Positions 28,174 through 37,569 of a stretch of 64,000 nt of DNA are shown here, piece by piece. The position numbers and the translations under genes were made by a program. Below the pieces are notes generated by a model that ran no database searches, had not been told where the DNA came from, and saw only the letters and a list, made by a program, of their open reading frames with translations. Source of the DNA: Candidatus Cloacimonadales bacterium (GTDB lineage Bacteria; Cloacimonadota; Cloacimonadia; Cloacimonadales; DAONDQ01); the NCBI GenBank assembly GCA_963662275.1, contig OY759316.1, forward strand, positions 3,072,001 to 3,136,000, written 5' to 3'. The first letter of the stretch is position 1. Every line of letters starts with the position of its first letter.

Positions 28174-29530
28174 CTGAATCCTCCTTGTAACCATATGTTT
28201 GCAATCTGGGAAGATAGGGGTTATTATCAGTACTCAGCTTCTGTAACGAAATGACTTTTTCATTGAGAAACTCCATATCGCAACTATTTTCAATTGAGTT
28301 CGAGTCTATAGCAATAGTCTTGCCTTTCCAATTGATCTCTGCTTTGAGTCCTTGAAGCACACCTCTTCCAATGCTTTTCTCTCCACCAATCGGAAGCATT
28401 CGTGTCCAGAGGTCTTTCAGGAGTAAAAGAGCTAAGCCAGCATCCTCTTCATGAGCATCCTTAATTTCTAATTGAATTGTTAGGTTCTTCTGGGTTTTGT
28501 TTTCCAGTTTATTAAATATGGGCATTGTTTCCAACAAAGCACCTTTAATTGTTCCACCTGTAAATTGATCGATCTTAATACGTGTTTGCTGTTCCATTGA
28601 AACAGAATCAGCATCTAAAACTTCTTCTCTCACAATGAATCTAGAGGGAATTGCATAAATGCTGACATCTTTTTTATCTGAAACATATCCAAAAAGATCG
28701 TTTATACAATTTTCAACAACTATTGGATTAATAGACAATGTATTTAGAATTTTGCGTGCTCTTGCCCTTAATACACCTTTCAATGAAGAACCTGGAATAA
28801 TTGGATTTCCGTTTGACATCAATTGCACATTATCAGGAGCTGAAGAATCATGAGGGTAAGTCCTAACAATGAGTGAATTCACAAGACTAAAATCAGCACA
28901 TATCTTAAAATTTGTATTTGTGGAATGATGAATCAACTGAGATGTAATATCCAAACCCGGAAGCTTCGGACTAAGTAGCCAAGCTATTGAATGATTTTTT
29001 TCAGAAAGATTATATTGATGTATCGTTAAGGTATTAACTCTTAACAAACCTAAACCTTTACTTGTATGTGCCCCAACACTCATTCCCGATAATAGTAGAT
29101 ATTGAATATTGCTCAAAATAGGCTTCATATCTAAATCTTTTTCAACCTTGTCGAATTCCATTTGAAGTTCGAAGCTAATTCCTGGCTCCAGAATTTGATA
29201 ATCAAATAAACCTCCATCATCAACTAACCCCGATTGATGAACAATTTTTATGCCCTCTCGATGCGATATACTGAAATTCGTTCCAATTAGAGTAAGGTCT
29301 GAACACCTGACACGTGACTGATTTAATTTACTTCCCCATATTGATAGATTCATTGCAACATTATCTAATTCTGAGTATAACTTTCCACTAAATGAAGATG
29401 CAGGGATATAGGGTTTACCCTCACTATCTATGATAATATCGCTGTTAGTATCTTCGGATTCACCAGAACCAATACATAGGGGAGTAGTTAATTCCAAATT
29501 CGCTTTAAGTAGGTACTTAATCACTGACAT
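28148..29530 (-). CDS. cas7: Cas7-Cas7 double RAMP (Csm3 group)
   Basis: Two RAMP units: YIPASSFSG with VGAHTSKGLG, and IPGSSLKG with IGGEKSIGRG. Confidence 0.88.
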   Translation of the reverse strand: MSVIKYLLKANLELTTPLCIGSGESEDTNSDIIIDSEGKPYIPASSFSGKLYSELDNVAMNLSIWGSKLNQSRVRCSDLTLIGTNFSISHREGIKIVHQSGLVDDGGLFDYQILEPGISFELQMEFDKVEKDLDMKPILSNIQYLLLSGMSVGAHTSKGLGLLRVNTLTIHQYNLSEKNHSIAWLLSPKLPGLDITSQLIHHSTNTNFKICADFSLVNSLIVRTYPHDSSAPDNVQLMSNGNPIIPGSSLKGVLRARARKILNTLSINPIVVENCINDLFGYVSDKKDVSIYAIPSRFIVREEVLDADSVSMEQQTRIKIDQFTGGTIKGALLETMPIFNKLENKTQKNLTIQLEIKDAHEEDAGLALLLLKDLWTRMLPIGGEKSIGRGVLQGLKAEINWKGKTIAIDSNSIENSCDMEFLNEKVISLQKLSTDNNPYLPRLQTYGYKEDSDVRTENKN

Positions 29531-30990
29531 AATTTTCCCCCTTGTGCTTGCTTGATCCTATTTCGTAATACAGAGAAATAGACTTTTAGATATTCTCTCT
29601 CAAGTTGAACAACACTCAAGGTAGTTATTGAGATGCCAATTATCGGAGCAAGACTACTGATGTTAGTATCACGGGACAGAATTGATTCCAAATGATCGTT
29701 GAGCCTTTCTGATGTGCTTTCTAGGTGATTCATTACACCTACATTTTTAATATATGTGTTTGATAACTTATCCTTAGCATCTTTCCTAAGATGCTGAAGA
29801 TTTATGTGGAAATTGTTCCCAAGTGCAAAACCTTCTAATCTGCCAACTAAGGATTTTGATAGACTTTGATCTGTAAGATCAGTGTCCGTTGCATCCTTCA
29901 ATGCATTATTATGAATCTCGGATAAAATGTAATTTTCCACTATCCTTCTACATATATCCTTTGCTAATTCACTATTGATACTAATTTGTGTTGTTGGATG
30001 GTTTGATAGTGCTTGTTGATTATATTCATATATTTGAAGGGGCTGAAACGAAACCATACCAAATCCAACATTACGTCTTTCTCCAATTCCTGATTCTTCT
30101 ATTTGCTGCCAATTAGGAGGAAGTGAGTTAAGATAAAAAACCGAACCTGCACTGAATGCATTCTCAGATGGAAGAGACGTTTTCCAAACACCAAGCATTC
30201 CCTGAATTTGTTTTACCTGAATCATACTATGTATAATTTTTGTGTTAAGATGCTTTTCCATTTCCTCAATAGATGTCACAGAGAAGCCATTATCATTGTA
30301 GATTATTGTATCAGATAACAGTGTCATTGAGTATGGCGGTGTTAGCTCTTCAGAATTAACCTCTGGTGTAATATCTCCATACGAGAGGATAGCTTTACCA
30401 TATTGGGCTGTTTTTGATCTTCCAATTGAGATTTCACTTGAATCAGAAATAAGACTTTTTATAAGATTGAGATCATTTTCCTTTCCTGTGATGTAACCTT
30501 TGAAGATTTGACCAGGTGATAAGGCTTCATATGTTAATATAACGCCTTGTTGGGAAATACAAGTTTTTTTGTTCCTTTCATGATGAAAAGCTAGTTCAGT
30601 TCTGAAAGGAATAAAAGTGATATCATTTCCCGAAATTATACTATAAGGTGAACATGAGACATATTTGGTTGCACTATCTTTTTCATTATATTTGAACTCA
30701 TTGATAATCACATCATTGTTGTTTTTTGGATGCTTGATGATCAATGGAGTCGGTTGCGTCAGCTTTCCATGATGTGAAATCAATAGATTCTTAAAAACAA
30801 TATCACCATGGACGAATAACCTAAGAAATTCATGATCTGGAATTCTAGATTTAAGATAGTTATAAGCGAAAACCCCCATCATTGTACTGCCAGGAATATG
30901 ATCATGCGTTGATGTAAGAGTGGCATCCCCTGACCGACGAGAAATAATAACACTGCTAACTGTTTGAATGGATATTTCAAGCTTGTGCAT
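29521..30990 (-). CDS. csx10: Csx10-like Cas5 with a probable C-terminal small-subunit (Cas11-like) region
   Basis: Motifs IPGSTMMG, IGRSKTAQYG and GIGERRNVGFG, followed by a helical C-terminus. Confidence 0.78.
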   Translation of the reverse strand: MHKLEISIQTVSSVIISRRSGDATLTSTHDHIPGSTMMGVFAYNYLKSRIPDHEFLRLFVHGDIVFKNLLISHHGKLTQPTPLIIKHPKNNNDVIINEFKYNEKDSATKYVSCSPYSIISGNDITFIPFRTELAFHHERNKKTCISQQGVILTYEALSPGQIFKGYITGKENDLNLIKSLISDSSEISIGRSKTAQYGKAILSYGDITPEVNSEELTPPYSMTLLSDTIIYNDNGFSVTSIEEMEKHLNTKIIHSMIQVKQIQGMLGVWKTSLPSENAFSAGSVFYLNSLPPNWQQIEESGIGERRNVGFGMVSFQPLQIYEYNQQALSNHPTTQISINSELAKDICRRIVENYILSEIHNNALKDATDTDLTDQSLSKSLVGRLEGFALGNNFHINLQHLRKDAKDKLSNTYIKNVGVMNHLESTSERLNDHLESILSRDTNISSLAPIIGISITTLSVVQLEREYLKVYFSVLRNRIKQAQGGKLCQ

Positions 30991-31642
30991 AAATTGCCTC
31001 CAATTCCTTAACAGCTAAGTCTTTCAAATTTGCACTGCCTATTATTTCTAAATTAATAGATCCTAATCCATGATTCCTTGTAGTACCCATTCGATCAGCA
31101 TATAGACTTACAAGACCTAACAGATACTCGATATCAGGATTTGTATTATCAATCGTCAATTTACCAACAAATTCATGCTTTTTGTTCACAACTCTCATGG
31201 TTCGGAGTGAGTGTTCTTTTGCTATACCTGGTTTCTTTTCATCAATCGCTGTCTGCTTTCTTAAAGAAGTAAAATATCCTAACACATTCTGAGAACTAAC
31301 CAGATTGCTTAATGAAGAAGCATATCTGATTTCTTCCCTGAGTTTTTCATAATCGGGTAAGTATAGATTTGTTACATTGAATGTTACAACAGGAGTATTC
31401 TTCCCAACATCTCCAAAAAGGTCATCTACATTTGTCAATTGTATTGATTTAGGTAAGATAATATGAAACTGTTCCACTAAATCTTGGCAGGCATTTCTTA
31501 GTATGCCTTTGACCCTCTTTGCTGGAATATAGGGTAAGCCAAGATCATCAAAGACAACATCTGTATCAATCACATTACCACTACTAAGAGCTGATCCTAT
31601 AAGAGTATCAGAAATCAATTTGATGGATATAACGTATTCCAT
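30977..31642 (-). CDS. cas7: Cas7 (Csm3-like RAMP)
   Basis: Motifs GLPYIPAKRVKG, QTAID and MGTTRNHGLG. Confidence 0.88.
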   Translation of the reverse strand: MEYVISIKLISDTLIGSALSSGNVIDTDVVFDDLGLPYIPAKRVKGILRNACQDLVEQFHIILPKSIQLTNVDDLFGDVGKNTPVVTFNVTNLYLPDYEKLREEIRYASSLSNLVSSQNVLGYFTSLRKQTAIDEKKPGIAKEHSLRTMRVVNKKHEFVGKLTIDNTNPDIEYLLGLVSLYADRMGTTRNHGLGSINLEIIGSANLKDLAVKELEAIYAQA

Positions 31643-31654
31643 ACACTCCTCCAT

Positions 31655-33079
31655 TTAGGGATAAGTAATCATATCAATGAGTTCAATAATGTCACCGTAA
31701 ATAGTATGATGGTTAGAATCAAAAAGACTTTTTGAGAATATCTTATCAAATCCAACATTATACAATTCATCACCTCTATTTCTCATAATATCTAGAAACT
31801 CTTCTTGTTCCTTTGTGGTTTGATAAAGAACATCTCTGAGTTTCATGATGCGCGAAGACGACCATTTATCTTGAAATTTATCTGCATTTTTTTGAAGAGA
31901 GTTGATATCAGTGATTGAATAGGGTTTTGAGGATAATCTCATACATTCAGAGTTTATAAATTCATTCTTTCTAATTGACTCGATATCAGAAAGGGTGGAA
32001 CCATAATGAAGATGAAAATCGACAAAAGACTCTGTGCTATTTCTGGTAAGTCTGGCTTGTTTCGCACAGTGACAGAGATCTTCAGCTAATTTATATGCCT
32101 GGTAAAAAGGAAACTTGGTTTTTACAAAAGCAATCCCAGCACAACAAGATATTTTATCTTTTTCAGATAAGTGACTACCTTCATTAGCCTCCTTAGTAAA
32201 TTCATTAATAAAATCTTTTGTTAGCGATATTGCTAATCGACCTTCACACACAAATGTGATATCATCTCCACCACAAATGATAGGTCTAAAAGGTAAAAGA
32301 TTCGGTTTGAATAGTCTGATATATGAACTATACTGGATTAAATTCTTTACCATCTTTTTTGTTGATACCTGAACAGCGTTTTTTAGCAGAAAAGATAAAT
32401 CCTGTAATGATTTTAAATCCATCTGCTCTCGAATCAAATTACCAATACCATTACCGTCAATATGAACAATCGCTATATGAGAATCCGACCCTTTTTCCTG
32501 TCCCATTTCTTCTAAATTCGATGCAAAATCATATTGTTTGGAATCATCGGGTATAAAAATTGAATCTTGTATTTTCTTTAAATCAGCTGCATATTGTTTA
32601 AAATAAACAACTTCAGAAATTGCATTAATATTTTTTTTGTCTTTTTCTTTCAACAAGTACTCTGCAGATAAATTTGTTTTATTACATTGTGCTGTAATTC
32701 CATGAGAGGGTAAGTAAGTAATGCAAAAACGAGATTGTTTTTCAATATCAAGTTTCTTATGTAGCATTTCCATACTTTTCACGAAGTTACTCTCATCAAA
32801 ATTCGGTTCTATAGCAGCAGAAAAGATAATCCCTGGACAAGTTGAAACAATCTTTTTTGAAATACTTTCAATTGATGCTTTCGCTTGTTCTTCATTCTGA
32901 AATTGCAGAAAGATATTTCCACCACCACAATATCCTTTTTCTTTGCACTCTGGTAAATCAGCAAGCTGATCAAAAAGATGTTCTACCAGATAGCTTGCAC
33001 CAATATTATCTTTGAGTGAATTAGATGAAAATATGTACTCTTGAATTGATCTTGTATCCATTAGAACTGCAAACGACAT
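31655..33079 (-). CDS. cas10: Compact Cas10 lacking the HD domain
   Basis: Starts at D..SIQEYIF. Motifs GGGN, IVHIDGNGIG and the palm motif GGDD. Confidence 0.9.
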   Translation of the reverse strand: MSFAVLMDTRSIQEYIFSSNSLKDNIGASYLVEHLFDQLADLPECKEKGYCGGGNIFLQFQNEEQAKASIESISKKIVSTCPGIIFSAAIEPNFDESNFVKSMEMLHKKLDIEKQSRFCITYLPSHGITAQCNKTNLSAEYLLKEKDKKNINAISEVVYFKQYAADLKKIQDSIFIPDDSKQYDFASNLEEMGQEKGSDSHIAIVHIDGNGIGNLIREQMDLKSLQDLSFLLKNAVQVSTKKMVKNLIQYSSYIRLFKPNLLPFRPIICGGDDITFVCEGRLAISLTKDFINEFTKEANEGSHLSEKDKISCCAGIAFVKTKFPFYQAYKLAEDLCHCAKQARLTRNSTESFVDFHLHYGSTLSDIESIRKNEFINSECMRLSSKPYSITDINSLQKNADKFQDKWSSSRIMKLRDVLYQTTKEQEEFLDIMRNRGDELYNVGFDKIFSKSLFDSNHHTIYGDIIELIDMITYP

Positions 33080-33153
33080 AAACCCTCCTGTTACGAATTA
33101 ATATTCATGACTAAGGAATATGAACTATGTATTCTTCATTATTTATTAAAACA

Positions 33154-33183
33154 TAAAATATAAAATGATAATTTGTGTGTCAA
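33154..33183 (-). promoter_or_regulatory. Putative sigma70 promoter of the cas operon
   Basis: TTGACA-17 bp-TATTTT on the minus strand, about 75 bp upstream of cas10. Confidence 0.45.
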
Positions 33184-33551
33184 TAGATATTTTTGTATAT
33201 TAGTAAATTTCTCAATAATTAAATAGGAATCAAATTACAATCTCAAATTTCCTCTATAATTTCCTATTCAAAACTCAAGAAGCTTTCGTTGAAGATCTGT
33301 CCCATTTTCCTTCTTCATCTGATCCTATTCCCTATTCTCTTCTGCAACATCTGAACCTGTAAGCTGTTACCTTCTGCAACATTCTTCTCGAGAAGTCACA
33401 CTTCATTCAACTAAAAGCTAAAAACTAATAACTAAAATTTACCAGATTCTTCTCTCTTCATCTGAACCTATTCCCTATTAGCTATTCCCTACTCCCTTCT
33501 GCAATATCTGAACCTGTAAGCTGTTACCTGTCACCTGTCACCTTCTGCATC

Positions 33552-33648
33552 ATTCTTACCGGTAAGTCATGTTTTTCAAGAGAAATTCGGGTGAGGATAC
33601 TACACAGAATCTATCCTAAGGAGTCTCAATTCTTACCGGTAAGTCATG
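33552..33648 (-). CRISPR. Single-spacer mini-array alpha
   Basis: Partial repeats at 33552-33580 and 33623-33648 flank a 42-bp spacer. Confidence 0.8.
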
Positions 33649-33998
33649 CTCAAATACATTGAAGATTTAAGAATTAAGATTGAAGATTTGTCAAACTCTT
33701 CTTTCTTTATCTGAACTACAACCTACTAGCAACAACCTTCTGAAATAACGGTAAGTCATGGCAGTTAGAGGTTAGATTCTAGAGACTAGAGGCTTTCTCA
33801 GAATATCTCATCTACAGATTTTCTGCTATTCGATAACTTCCTGTCAATCTCAAAGTGCATCGCTTTAAAAGCGAACTATCCACCTCTTGAAAAGAGGCGT
33901 TGCTCTGCTCTGAGCTATTCCCTATTAGCTAATCCCTATTCCCTTCTGCAACATCTGAACCTGTAAGCTGTTCCCTGTACGCTGTCACCTTCTGCAAC

Positions 33999-34091
33999 AT
34001 TCTTCTCGAGAAGTCATGTTTTTCAAGACGGTATTCAGTTCTCGAGCACTATTCCAGAGGCTCAAGTCTCAATTCTTCTCGAGAAGTCATG
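33999..34091 (-). CRISPR. Single-spacer mini-array beta (hybrid repeat)
   Basis: Partial repeats at 33999-34027 and 34066-34091 flank a 38-bp spacer. Confidence 0.8.
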
Positions 34092-34243
34092 CTCAAATAC
34101 ATTGAAGATTTAAGAGTTAAGATTGAAGATTTAGCAAACTCTTCTCTCTTCATCTGAAGCTATTCCCTACTAGCTATTCCCTATTCCCTTCTGCAACATC
34201 TGAACCTGTAAGCTGTTACCTGTCACCTGTCACCTTCTGCATC

Positions 34244-36073
34244 ATTCTTACCGGTAAGTCATGTTTTTCAAGGTACATTCGAGCAGGTGCAGTGTGTTCG
34301 TAAAGGTCTCAATTCTTACCGGTAAGTCATGTTTTTCAAGATGAACAGCTTTATACACTTGAAGAGATTCCATTTCCAAAGGTCTCAATTCTTACCGGTA
34401 AGTCATGTTTTTCAAGTCATCCCTGGTTCTGGGTGGTTTCAAACGTTCGAGGGAATAACGTCTCAATTCTTACCGGTAAGTCATGTTTTTCAAGTCTTCT
34501 TAGAAGACCTATATCCGCTCGACAAAGTCTCAATTCTTACCGGTAAGTCATGTTTTTCAAGATGTTATTGATTATCTTTCAGAAAAAGATTTGTGTCTCA
34601 ATTCTTACCGGTAAGTCATGTTTTTCAAGTTTAGAAATATTTATAACTGCGCAATGAGATTGCAAATGTCTCAATTCTTACCGGTAAGTCATGTTTTTCA
34701 AGTAGATACCAGGACTCTCCCAAGGTCTTGTTGGGTGATGTCTCAATTCTTACCGGTAAGTCATGTTTTTCAAGAGATGCGTAATAAGGACGCAAACTTA
34801 TGCCAAATCTTTCGGTCTCAATTCTTACCGGTAAGTCATGTTTTTCAAGCATCAAATTCAACCGACAAAGAAATTAAACCTTTTGTCTCAATTCTTACCG
34901 GTAAGTCATGTTTTTCAAGAACTATGATTAATAATCAGAATGGGCACACCAACAGTCTCAATTCTTACCGGTAAGTCATGTTTTTCAAGATGCTAAAATT
35001 TCTGCAGGAATACCAGAGTTCCCAGATGGTCTCAATTCTTACCGGTAAGTCATGTTTTTCAAGATTTAGAGTGAGTGATCGTGCTAAGAGTGTGTCTCAA
35101 TTCTTACCGGTAAGTCATGTTTTTCAAGACAATGCTCCATCAGTAGAATTCGGAGAGTTTCTTGAAAGTCTCAATTCTTACCGGTAAGTCATGTTTTTCA
35201 AGAAGTAGGAGGAATAAATGAAAACCAAACAGAAAAAAGTCTCAATTCTTACCGGTAAGTCATGTTTTTCAAGACTCAAATCGAAAAATTACTTGTCGCC
35301 TAGCGACCCCACAAGTCTCAATTCTTACCGGTAAGTCATGTTTTTCAAGAGAAATGAAGAAATGAAGTACACCAGAAAAGGAAACAGTCTCAATTCTTAC
35401 CGGTAAGTCATGTTTTTCAAGAAGAGTAAGGCTGTTATCGGGATTGAAAGTCATAAGTCTCAATTCTTACCGGTAAGTCATGTTTTTCAAGTAGAAGAGT
35501 GTGATGATTTAGAAAATCTATCAAAAGTCTCAATTCTTACCGGTAAGTCATGTTTTTCAAGAAAAGACTGGAATGAACTACAACAGATTGTTACAGAGTC
35601 TCAATTCTTACCGGTAAGTCATGTTTTTCAAGGTTGACGATGAAAAAGAATAATCTTTAATCGGCTATATTGTCTCAATTCTTACCGGTAAGTCATGTTT
35701 TTCAAGAAGGTCATAATTTTAATGCTTCTTACATCTATTATTTCTGTGTCTCAATTCTTACCGGTAAGTCATGTTTTTCAAGACCGTCAAGTTATATGAA
35801 TAAGGTTAGACAAGTAATTGGTGTCTCAATTCTTACCGGTAAGTCATGTTTTTCAAGCAATGGAAATTGCGAAGACAGTGAATATGAATTGGAAGGTCTC
35901 AATTCTTACCGGTAAGTCATGTTTTTCAAGTATAACAATTAAATCATAATCTCTTGACGAAAAGTCTCAATTCTTACCGGTAAGTCATGTTTTTCAAGGT
36001 GATGGAAAGGTTTATGGATCTCTAACATCTAAAAGAACGTCTCAATTCTTACCGGTAAGTCATGTTTTTCAAG
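34244..36073 (-). CRISPR. CRISPR array 2: 25 full and 1 truncated 35-bp repeats, 25 spacers (30-43 bp)
   Basis: Repeat on the minus strand is CTTGAAAAACATGACTTACCGGTAAGAATTGAGAC. The leader is on the right and the truncated repeat on the left. Confidence 0.98.
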
Positions 36074-36247
36074 ATAGGTATGCTGGGATATAGATTTGAT
36101 GCGGGTAAAAATACGTGTTTTCGGCTACCTCATCAAAAATGGGTGGTTTTATGACGCTGAAGGGGGAGGTTGCAGAAAATATAGATAACTTATTATGATG
36201 TATGCAGTTATGTTTCAACATATGCTAACCTCCTACATTATAGACAG
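36074..36247 (-). promoter_or_regulatory. CRISPR leader of array 2
   Basis: Aligns with 20284-20457. Confidence 0.8.
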
Positions 36248-36408
36248 TTATGCGATAATCACGAATTCACTGTGCGCATTCATCGCTACCGTTTTTCACT
36301 GCAGCCTCGGCATAAATGGAAAACATGGATGATGCCATTCCCTTCATTCAGCTTTTCCAGATTCCTGAGTAATTTCTTATATCCCCACGCATCGATGTCA
36401 ACAAAAAA
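36248..36408 (-). pseudogene. cas2: cas2 3' fragment
   Basis: Near-identical to 20458-20620, with small indels and no 5' half. Confidence 0.88.
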
Positions 36409-36733
36409 GATGCAAGGTTCGAGGTACTGGGTCAGGATGAATTCAGAAGAGAATCAAACTCTCCTGGCTATACTTTGGTCAGATAAGTAACCTCCCTTTG
36501 CCCAAAAGGAGGTAAGAGACAGCATACAAAGCAAAATGCAGAAGCTGACTTCTAGCAGCATACTGTTGACAGTAATGAGTAAATGAGAGAAGATAGTAAG
36601 AACGGCGTCTTACTTTACTCGATGTGGTGAACCTGGCAGATTCCTTGGTTTTCAGGTTCATTGACCATGCTAAAAAGAGACGGCATCCCAGCTTTATATT
36701 AACTTAACTGATAACGAGTTTTCGCTACCGACG

Positions 36734-36901
36734 ATGAAAGCTGAGTTCTCCGAGTGAACAGATGGTCATTGAGCGAAGTCGAAATGCATCTATTTGTATC
36801 GAGGAGACGACATTGCATAACCTTACAGGGTCACATTGGGTCATTTCGATACAATTTCTCCTTCGTCGAAATCACTCAATGAACCGGCTCTCAGCTTTCA
36901 T
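36734..36901. repeat. REP/MITE-like palindromic element
   Basis: Outer inverted repeat ATGAAAGCTGAG/CTCAGCTTTCAT. Inner arms CATTGAG..CGAAATG and CATTTCG..CTCAATG. Confidence 0.55.
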
Positions 36902-37038
36902 ATCAAGTACAAAAAAAGAGCAAACTTGAGGTTAAAAAGTTGCCCTCCGAATCCCAAGAAAGTTTTGTGGGGTTCTGATAATAATTTTTGCCGTTTTAGA
37001 AATAAAAGGTACAAAAGAAAAAAAGAACTATCTTATCT

Positions 37039-37072
37039 AAAAGAAAAACCCGGCGGTGGTAAGACCGCCAGG
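37039..37072 (-). terminator. Intrinsic terminator
   Basis: Minus strand reads CCTGGCGGTCTTACCACCGCCGGG followed by TTTTTCTTTT. Confidence 0.8.
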
Positions 37073-37177
37073 AAAAGCCATTCTTCTTCTTTGCATCAAG
37101 CAAGAAAATTGCTTGTGGAGCACAAAGAGGATTACCCATAAATATAACTGGCTTTTTGATGTAATTTTGCCCTCCAG

Positions 37178-37291
37178 TTATATTTCAGGATAAAATATGG
37201 GTGTAGAGTTATTATTCGTATGAGAATTTGACCGATTAGATTGAACCATCGTTTGAAATGATCTAGCTTGTACTGAAGCACTTTTCTTCAT
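37178..37291 (-). CDS. Possible 37-aa peptide (MKKSASVQARSF...FYPEI)
   Basis: GGAGG lies 4 nt before the ATG, with a hairpin and terminator downstream. Not in the ORF track. Confidence 0.35.
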   Translation of the reverse strand: MKKSASVQARSFQTMVQSNRSNSHTNNNSTPIFYPEI

Positions 37292-37569
37292 AGAACCTCC
37301 GCACAAAAGACGAATAATGATATTGCTTCTTTTATTTTCATACTAGACCATATCCCCATATTATCTAATATCAATAAAAAGCAAACCAAAATCTTCTTTC
37401 GGGTATCGCGCTATTAATTTTTGTGCTCTCTAGACCTTATGTTGAATAGATATTGTAATGTCATTAATATGACAAGTTATTTTTTTATGAAAGTAGTATT
37501 TTTCTTGAAACTTGCTATTGACAGATAAGAATTCCTTATCCTATAGGTAAATTGAAAAAGGAATTTTAT

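Larger units (their letters stand above)
33290..34243 (-). repeat. Modular trailer region B: repeat cores, heptamer cassettes and two mini-arrays
   Basis: Repeat cores at 33381, 33552, 33623, 33749, 33999 and 34066. Blocks are near-identical to region A. Confidence 0.85.

Noticed and set aside
33381..33398. Isolated repeat cores as tracrRNA anti-repeats
   Set aside because: Their asymmetric flanks show the same orientation as the arrays. The apparent antisense match comes from the palindrome, and there is no class 2 effector.
34329..35915. ORFs with repeating SQFLPVSHVFQ / LEKHDLPVRIET (also 19956-20303)
   Set aside because: They are translations of CRISPR repeats.
19973..36073. Self-targeting spacers within the window
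   Set aside because: None were found by eye. The check was not exhaustive and needs an alignment.
20284..36408. Diversity-generating retroelement (RT plus near-identical repeats)
   Set aside because: Differences between the copies include indels and non-adenine changes. Both RTs are explained as Cas1-fused and intron-encoded.
36410..36700. Possible pseudogene next to the cas2 fragment
   Set aside because: The frames are broken by stops and show no recognisable motif.
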